DNA of 63,893 bases, the filler included, from Thraustochytrium aureum (lineage: Eukaryota): the NCBI GenBank assembly GCA_012862495.1. It is 11 parts of 7 records of this genome, joined end to end, with 100 filler letters (N's around TTAATTAATTAA, not from the genome) between each part and the next. Parts side by side here need not be neighbours in the genome. Positions count along the whole stretch, not along the records: positions 42,057 to 59,846 come from BLSG01000150.1; positions 59,947 to 61,289 come from BLSG01000151.1; positions 61,390 to 62,539 come from BLSG01000152.1; positions 62,640 to 63,893 come from BLSG01000154.1; 7 more parts are not named here. One strand, written 5' to 3'. The notes beneath the pieces were generated by a model. That model searched no databases. It was given only the letters and a program-made list of their open reading frames with translations, and was not told the DNA's origin. This document shows, one piece after another, positions 58,284 to 63,893 of the stretch (the stretch's first letter is position 1; each line of letters opens with the position of its first letter). The position numbers and the translations under genes are program-made.

Positions 58284-58915
58284 CTCGACGCCGCGGCCGT
58301 CGCGCCGCGCTCAGGTCAGCCTCCAGCTCTGCCTGCTGGTGCGCGCCAGGCAAGGAGCGGGCGCCNNNNNNNNNNNNNNNNNNNNNNNNNNNNNNNNNNN
58401 NNNNNNNNNNNNNNNNNNNNNNNNNNNNNNNNNNNNNNNNNNNNNNNNNNNNNNNNNNNNNNNNNNNNNNNNNNNNNNNNNNNNNNNNNNNNNNNNNNNN
58501 NNNNNNNNNNNNNNNNNNNNNNNNNNNNNNNNNNNNNNNNNNNNNNNNNNNNNNNNNNNNNNNNNNNNNNNNNNNNNNNNNNNNNNNNNNNNNNNNNNNN
58601 NNNNNNNNNNNNNNNNNNNNNNNNNNNNNNNNNNNNNNNNNNNNNNNNNNNNNNNNNNNNNNNNNNNNNNNNNNNNNNNNNNNNNNNNNNNNNNNNNNNN
58701 NNNNNNNNNNNNNNNNNNNNNNNNNNNNNNNNNNNNNNNNNNNNNNNNNNGCGAGCTGGTCGCGGGTCCGCACTGCTGTTCTCGGACACGGAATCCCCGA
58801 CCAGAATCGGCTAGCGCGAGGGCAGACTGCGTTCGTTGCCGGGCAGCACGCAGGGCCCAACAGCGTTGACACTCGGCATCAGGGCTGCTCGGCGACCGGC
58901 CGGGCGTTCAGGGCG

Positions 58916-59846
58916 ATGGACGCGCCACTCCCGCGTAAGTTGCGACTCGGCGCCCGGCGTGAACGAGCTGCCTGCGTGCTGGATGCCAAAGGGGTGGGCT
59001 CGGCGGGGTCGCCTGCCAGGCGTTGCGCTTCGCTCCGGACTGGGCGGACGGCGTCCGCCCGCGCGCTCGAGGGGCTCGCTTGCTCGGCTCGCGAGGGTTC
59101 CCGGAGCTGACGGTGGGCGGAGCAAGGCGCGTAGACGCGCTGCGGGGCACGAGCGACGACCCTTTTGTGCGCACGTCGGTGTTTGTTCGCCTGCCAGATA
59201 TCATTCAGAGCATCTTGGACAAGAACGAGTGGATCAAGCCCGGCACGCGGAAAAGATTGCACAGCTTGCGCAAGAGATCAGGGACGGGACCCACGCGGTG
59301 GTGTCCATCGATGGGAGCGACGGCGGGCCAGACTGGACCCGATTCTGTGCTGCACGCGTTGGCGCCAGCTCGGGAGACGTGGAGTGGTGGTTTCTTGAAA
59401 ACTACGCGTACCGCCTGATCATGCGGTTTGTCGACTACTTTGCGCAGCCCGCTGGCCGCGACCCGTTCTTTGCCCACAAGCAAGAGGCCCTCGCTGGCGC
59501 GCTCGGCGACCTGGAACGCCCTGTGCCGCACGACCTCGCTTGGGGTGGCTTCCACGCACTCGTTCTCAACGCGTTGTGGGGCAATCAGGTGGACTTGTCG
59601 TTCTCCTCGGGAGCGCTCGTCGACGCGACGCAGGGCAAGCACCTTGTCCTGGACGAGGCAAGCGAGTGCTGGGCGGCTGCCTTTGCGAGCGGCCTGAAGC
59701 CGGACATGGCGTTCCAGCTGGTTTACATCCTGGACAACTGCGGCTCTGAGCTGCTCAATGACTTGCTGCTGCTGGACTGGGTGCTCGATCGCCTCCCCGG
59801 CTCGACCGTCCAAGTGCACGCCAAGAGCTACCCTGTCTTTGTGAGC
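58916..59846 (+). CDS. ARMT1/DUF89 damage-control phosphatase (intron 58935-59134; frameshift near 59255; 3' truncated)
   Basis: Spliced start MDAPLPHALRG..RLPDII; WWFLENYAYR, DPF..K, LWGNQVDLS, DNCGSEL and HAKSYPVFVS. Confidence 0.9.
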
Positions 59847-60120
59847 NNNNNNNNNNNNNNNNNNNNNNNNNNNNNNNNNNNNNNNNNNNNTTAATTAATT
59901 AANNNNNNNNNNNNNNNNNNNNNNNNNNNNNNNNNNNNNNNNNNNNGTTGGTCGTTCTGGCATGCCGCTGAGCCGCCGAAACGGCAATGCGAGCTAATCA
60001 AAGGAAAACGCTGATTATCCAACGCCTGTAAGCTGTTCGTTCATCTCTAGCTGCTGTAGGGCGGTGCCGTCCGTGTGACACTCTGGGCGCAGCTGGTCGG
60101 TGCAAAGCCTAAGAAGCCCT

Positions 60121-60696
60121 TCACTTCTGCAGCAGCTTGATGGCTCCAAGCACGTTGACCATGCTCACCGTGCCCATGAGAAAGTAGCACGGGATCGTGT
60201 ACTTGCCGAGGCCGTCGCCGAGGCCCCCGGAAGAGCGGTAGGCGCGGCCGTAGAGTGCACGCACACCAAGGTAGACCAGGCCCAGCGTGCCCACGGCGAG
60301 GCCGTCCGCAAAGAGTACGGCGCCGAGCAGCATGGAGACGAAGAAGGGCACCTGCTCGACTTGGTTCGCTTGGGCGCGGAGAGCAAACACGTACTCGCGG
60401 GGCAAGTCGGCCACCGGGGTGCGAAAGCGCTCGCTTGTCTTGCCGTCCTTGAAGGCGGCGGCGTTGGCGATGGCCGCCGCGCCTACGGCCATCGTGTCGA
60501 AGAGCTCGTACGACAGCACGAAGCCAGCAGAGGCCAGCAAGGGCAGCGCAAACTCGCGCGCCACGTCGTCCACCGCGGCGAACGGCCGGCCAAAACAGTG
60601 CAGGAACCCGTAGCCCAGCCCACCGTACAGCGGGAGCAGCCCCCACCAGGGCGGCGGCCCCCCCTTCTTCGGCGTCTTGATCTCTTCTTTCGACAT
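60121..60696 (-). CDS. MAPEG family membrane protein
   Basis: RAQANQVEQVPFF and GLVYLGVRALYGRAY; four to five hydrophobic segments. Confidence 0.85.
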   Translation of the reverse strand: MSKEEIKTPKKGGPPPWWGLLPLYGGLGYGFLHCFGRPFAAVDDVAREFALPLLASAGFVLSYELFDTMAVGAAAIANAAAFKDGKTSERFRTPVADLPREYVFALRAQANQVEQVPFFVSMLLGAVLFADGLAVGTLGLVYLGVRALYGRAYRSSGGLGDGLGKYTIPCYFLMGTVSMVNVLGAIKLLQK

Positions 60697-60701
60697 GCTG
60701 C

Positions 60702-60783
60702 ACGGCAACGAGAGCGGGCGGCGGGCGCAGCGACGACGAGACGGCAACGGGAGCGGGCGGCGGGCGCAGCGACGACGACGAGA
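60702..60783. repeat. 39-bp direct repeat x2 immediately upstream of the MAPEG start
   Basis: ACGGCAACG[A/G]GAGCGGGCGGCGGGCGCAGCGACGACGA occurs twice. Confidence 0.85.
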
Positions 60784-61044
60784 CTACCACACTTGTGCCA
60801 CAAGCGACTACTGTGGCAGAGCAAGTACGACAGCGAACACGATCGACCTCTGTCCTATGGACTCGGAACAGCAGAGGCGTCGGGTTCTGCGGCCTGTTGA
60901 TCGTGAACCGCGTTCGCGACGTGCAAGGCGAGCTCGCCGGCCGCCCGGCCGCAGCTGCCGTTGCGCTGTGCCCGGCCGTATGTGGCAGGAGTCAATGAAT
61001 TCTCACGTCAACATCGGCCAAGAAAACCTTGATGTATTTCTGTT

Positions 61045-61289
61045 TCCTTGGCCAGGCTGCTTCGCTGGATGCGCATTTGGGCGCGTTTGGCCTTTGCCAG
61101 GCTGCGTGGCTGGATGCGCATTGGCCTTTGCCAGGCTGCGTTGCTTGATGCGCAATTGGCCTTTGCCAGGCTGCGTGGCTTGATGCGCAATTGGCCTTTG
61201 CCAGGCTGCGTGGCTGGATGCGCAATTGGCCTTTGCCAGGCTGCGTGGCTGGGTGCGCAATTGGCCTTTGCCAGGCTGCTTCGCTTGAT
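61045..61289. repeat. ~35-bp minisatellite, about 7 copies, running into the contig end
   Basis: GGCCTTTGCCAGGCTGCGTGGCTGGATGCGCAATT units start at 61089, 61123, 61158, 61193, 61228 and 61263. Confidence 0.92.
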
Positions 61290-61389
61290 NNNNNNNNNNN
61301 NNNNNNNNNNNNNNNNNNNNNNNNNNNNNNNNNTTAATTAATTAANNNNNNNNNNNNNNNNNNNNNNNNNNNNNNNNNNNNNNNNNNNN

Positions 61390-62539
61390 GCGTTGGCGAC
61401 GTTGTTGTAGCGCGACTAAAGGGGTGGAAGTCCGGATACGAGGGGGTCGTAAAGCGGCTCAATACGCAGGATGGCACCTTCAAGATCGCCTTCTCGGACG
61501 GCGAGGTCGTCAACCGCGTGCCTGCCGAATGCATCCTCGACGTCGTTAAAAGCGCCAACGCCTCGCTTCCGGCAAACTCGAGCGGCCCTCTTTCCTCGGA
61601 TCTCGTTGCCCCAGACGGCACAGCCTTCTCTGAAAAAGCCGCGTACCGCAAGTACATGTACGAAAACTACTTTCGTTTCAAGGACAGGTCTGGAGACCAC
61701 ACGTCGCTGGTGAAGGCGCCGGGGTCGATTGACGGCCAGCCGTTCGAGCTGCACACGCTCGCAGACTGCACTGTCCGGCTCTTGTGCTGGTCATCCCAAG
61801 TTCAAGCAGACAAACTCACCAAGTGCAAGGTCTTCATCGGGCCGTGTGAATCGTCAGTGTTTGTGCGCGACTGCGTTGGGTGCGAGTTTACGATCGCATG
61901 CCGGCAGCTGCGACTTCGCGACTGCCGAGATTGCACGTTCCACCTTTTTTCCAACGTCGACCCTGTAATTGAAACGTCGACTGGCCTGACGTTCAAGCCC
62001 TTCAATGGCGCGTACTGCGGACTGCGCGACCACTTTGCCCGCGCAAAGCTCGACCCCGTCGACAACCACTGGCGTCATATCTTTGACTTCAACAAGGATG
62101 GCTGCGACGGCTTCGGCGTTCCAGACCCGCACTACGCGATCATCGAAGCACCTGGAGGCATACTGGAAGAAGAGTGGAGAGAGAGCGGGATGAGCGGCCC
62201 TGGACCGTGCGAAAACCCTGTGGATCCAAGAGCGGTGGCAACCACAGTGAGCGACGGCGGCCACACGCACCAAAACTCTACCCACGAAGCGACCAGCGCA
62301 ACCAAGCCTCTCGAGTCGGCAACGGCAGTAGTTCCGACTGGCGACGAGGACGCTGACTTTGTTTGGGCCAAAGACGTTGAGGAGAACGCGCTGGTGGTCG
62401 GAGCCGTTGTCCGCGTCAACTTTCGGCGCGACTCGGGCAAGCCACTGAGCGCCGACTTTTATCAGGGGACGATCGCCGCGGCAAATGCAGATGGCACGTT
62501 TTGGATCAAGTACGACGACGGCGACGAAGAAAAAGACTG
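61390..62539 (+). CDS. RP2/TBCC (C-CAP/cofactor C) domain protein flanked by Tudor-like modules (both ends truncated)
   Basis: GSIDGQPF..DC..FIGPCESSVFVRDC..IACRQLRLRDC..PVIETS..NHWRHIFDFN, flanked by VGDVV..DGTFKIAFSDGE and VGAVV..DGTFWIKYDDGDEE. Confidence 0.88.
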
Positions 62540-62707
62540 NNNNNNNNNNNNNNNNNNNNNNNNNNNNNNNNNNNNNNNNNNNNTTAATTAATTAANNNNN
62601 NNNNNNNNNNNNNNNNNNNNNNNNNNNNNNNNNNNNNNNACTGGACATTAAAACATCGGTTTAATGGGCGATGAATTAGAATCGAGAGCCCCCAGCCCCA
62701 GTTCAAA

Positions 62708-63622
62708 CTAGCTTGCAATAGACTTAACCACCTCTTCTAGGCGCGTCTCAATCATCGTACCGAGGCACGGGCCGCCCTCGCAAGCTTGCTCAACGCGGTC
62801 AGGGTCCCCTCTGACCAGTTGAACAGGAATCCCGTGCGACGCAATCTCGGCGCCCCTTTCGACCTTGAGAAAAATGCCTCCGGTTACGTCCACGTTCGTA
62901 TCGTGGAGTCCTTGAAAACCGTCTCCTGGTCTCCAAACCTCGACCACGCGCTGCTCTACGCCAGCTTCCGGGGGGACGTGGAGGAGGCCGTCGACGCCAT
63001 CAACTGCAAAGACCACACGGCTAACGCCGTGAAGCTCGATGGCAATACGCACGATGAGGTCATCCCCAGATAAAACGCCAAAGCGGCGGGCCTCGCCCGG
63101 ACACGGGACTATGTCGCCAAACGTGACGTCAACGACCCGCTCCCGCGTCCGAAACAATCGGGCAACATCGCCAGCGAAAGCTGGTCCGGTACCGCAAAAC
63201 CCGCTCTCGTGAGGGCACTGCACCGCGCAGGAAAGGCCAGCTCGCTCGAGTGCCGCGACCACGAGGGCGTTCAGCGCCTTCATGTCGTTCTGCACAGCGC
63301 AGACGGCCTGGGCCTGACATGTCAGGCCGTCCGCGTCCGGCTCGGTCTCGTCGAGCTCGGCGACAAGGCCATCCTGCAAGCGCCACCGTTTCGCCTTGAG
63401 ATGCCCGAAGGAGCCTGCGCCATGGACCACCACGAGGTCTGTCCCTCGATCGTGCACTCGCTTCAAGGCTTGCGCGAGGGCCTCGAGGCGGTCGAGGCGG
63501 GCCTGGCACATTTCTCTCTTGTCCGTGATCACGCCCCCGCCCAGCTTGATCACGACCAGCGGCCTCGGCGAGGCCTCGCGTGCGGCGTCGATGCCCGCGC
63601 CGCGCGCTCTCTGGTCGCACAT
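62708..63622 (-). CDS. ipk: Isopentenyl phosphate kinase (amino-acid kinase family)
   Basis: IKLGGGVITDK, VHGAGSFGH (IPK His signature), FGDIV, LSGD and DVTGGIFLK. Confidence 0.88.
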   Translation of the reverse strand: MCDQRARGAGIDAAREASPRPLVVIKLGGGVITDKREMCQARLDRLEALAQALKRVHDRGTDLVVVHGAGSFGHLKAKRWRLQDGLVAELDETEPDADGLTCQAQAVCAVQNDMKALNALVVAALERAGLSCAVQCPHESGFCGTGPAFAGDVARLFRTRERVVDVTFGDIVPCPGEARRFGVLSGDDLIVRIAIELHGVSRVVFAVDGVDGLLHVPPEAGVEQRVVEVWRPGDGFQGLHDTNVDVTGGIFLKVERGAEIASHGIPVQLVRGDPDRVEQACEGGPCLGTMIETRLEEVVKSIAS

Positions 63623-63893
63623 CGAGTCCAGTGCGTAGAGACCTGGAGAGATCTCGAGGCTGGATTGCGCCGCGCGCGCACGACAATGCGGATGTTGCCG
63701 GCGGAATCCCACGCAGAGAGTGACTCGTCAGACCCGCGCAAAGCGATCGGCCAGTGATGGACACTGTCCTTCAGTCTGGGAGCAGCGCCGCCGGGACGCG
63801 AAGTGCCGTGGAAGACCGCCAAATCGAGGCGGCACGGCGGGCTCGGACGAGCACTCGACCTGTGATGACGGCAAGTAATCGGGGGCTTCTGGC

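Noticed and set aside
61045..61289. 35-bp repeats considered as a CRISPR array
   Set aside because: The units are head-to-tail with no unique spacers, there are no cas genes, and the context is eukaryotic.

Overview
Eukaryotic, GC-rich, gene-dense and intron-poor genomic DNA from a draft assembly. The lineage is most plausibly a heterotrophic protist, with a stramenopile or labyrinthulomycete character; this is inference from gene style, not proof. The window is not one locus. Ten identical 100-nt artificial spacers (N44-TTAATTAATTAA-N44) join at least 11 scaffold pieces, and there are many internal N gaps. Several conserved genes carry single-base frameshifts, often at short base runs, which look like sequencing errors. 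About 35 protein-coding genes or fragments are recognisable: Rab7, a Cys-less pentameric ligand-gated ion channel, a metzincin, two OTU deubiquitinases, a BART protein, GST, acylphosphatase, an FHA protein, a presenilin-like protein, DOLPP1, an NCS2-like permease, VIT1, a 2OG-Fe(II) oxygenase, a Tudor protein, Sec66, TyrRS, a CAMK-group kinase, TrxR, UNC-50, a NIF phosphatase, YqgE/AlgH, ARMT1, MAPEG, an RP2/TBCC protein and IPK. Short GT-AG introns can be read directly in four genes. The most interesting items are an apparent STAND/NB-ARC-like NTPase fused to a STAT-type linker-SH2 module, an archaeal-looking isopentenyl phosphate kinase, a stand-alone ProRS-type anticodon-binding protein with an RGG box, a Tudor-RP2-Tudor protein, and enzymes with altered signature motifs (presenilin GLMD, Rab7 NMVD). 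I found no rRNA, tRNA, CRISPR array or intact mobile element.
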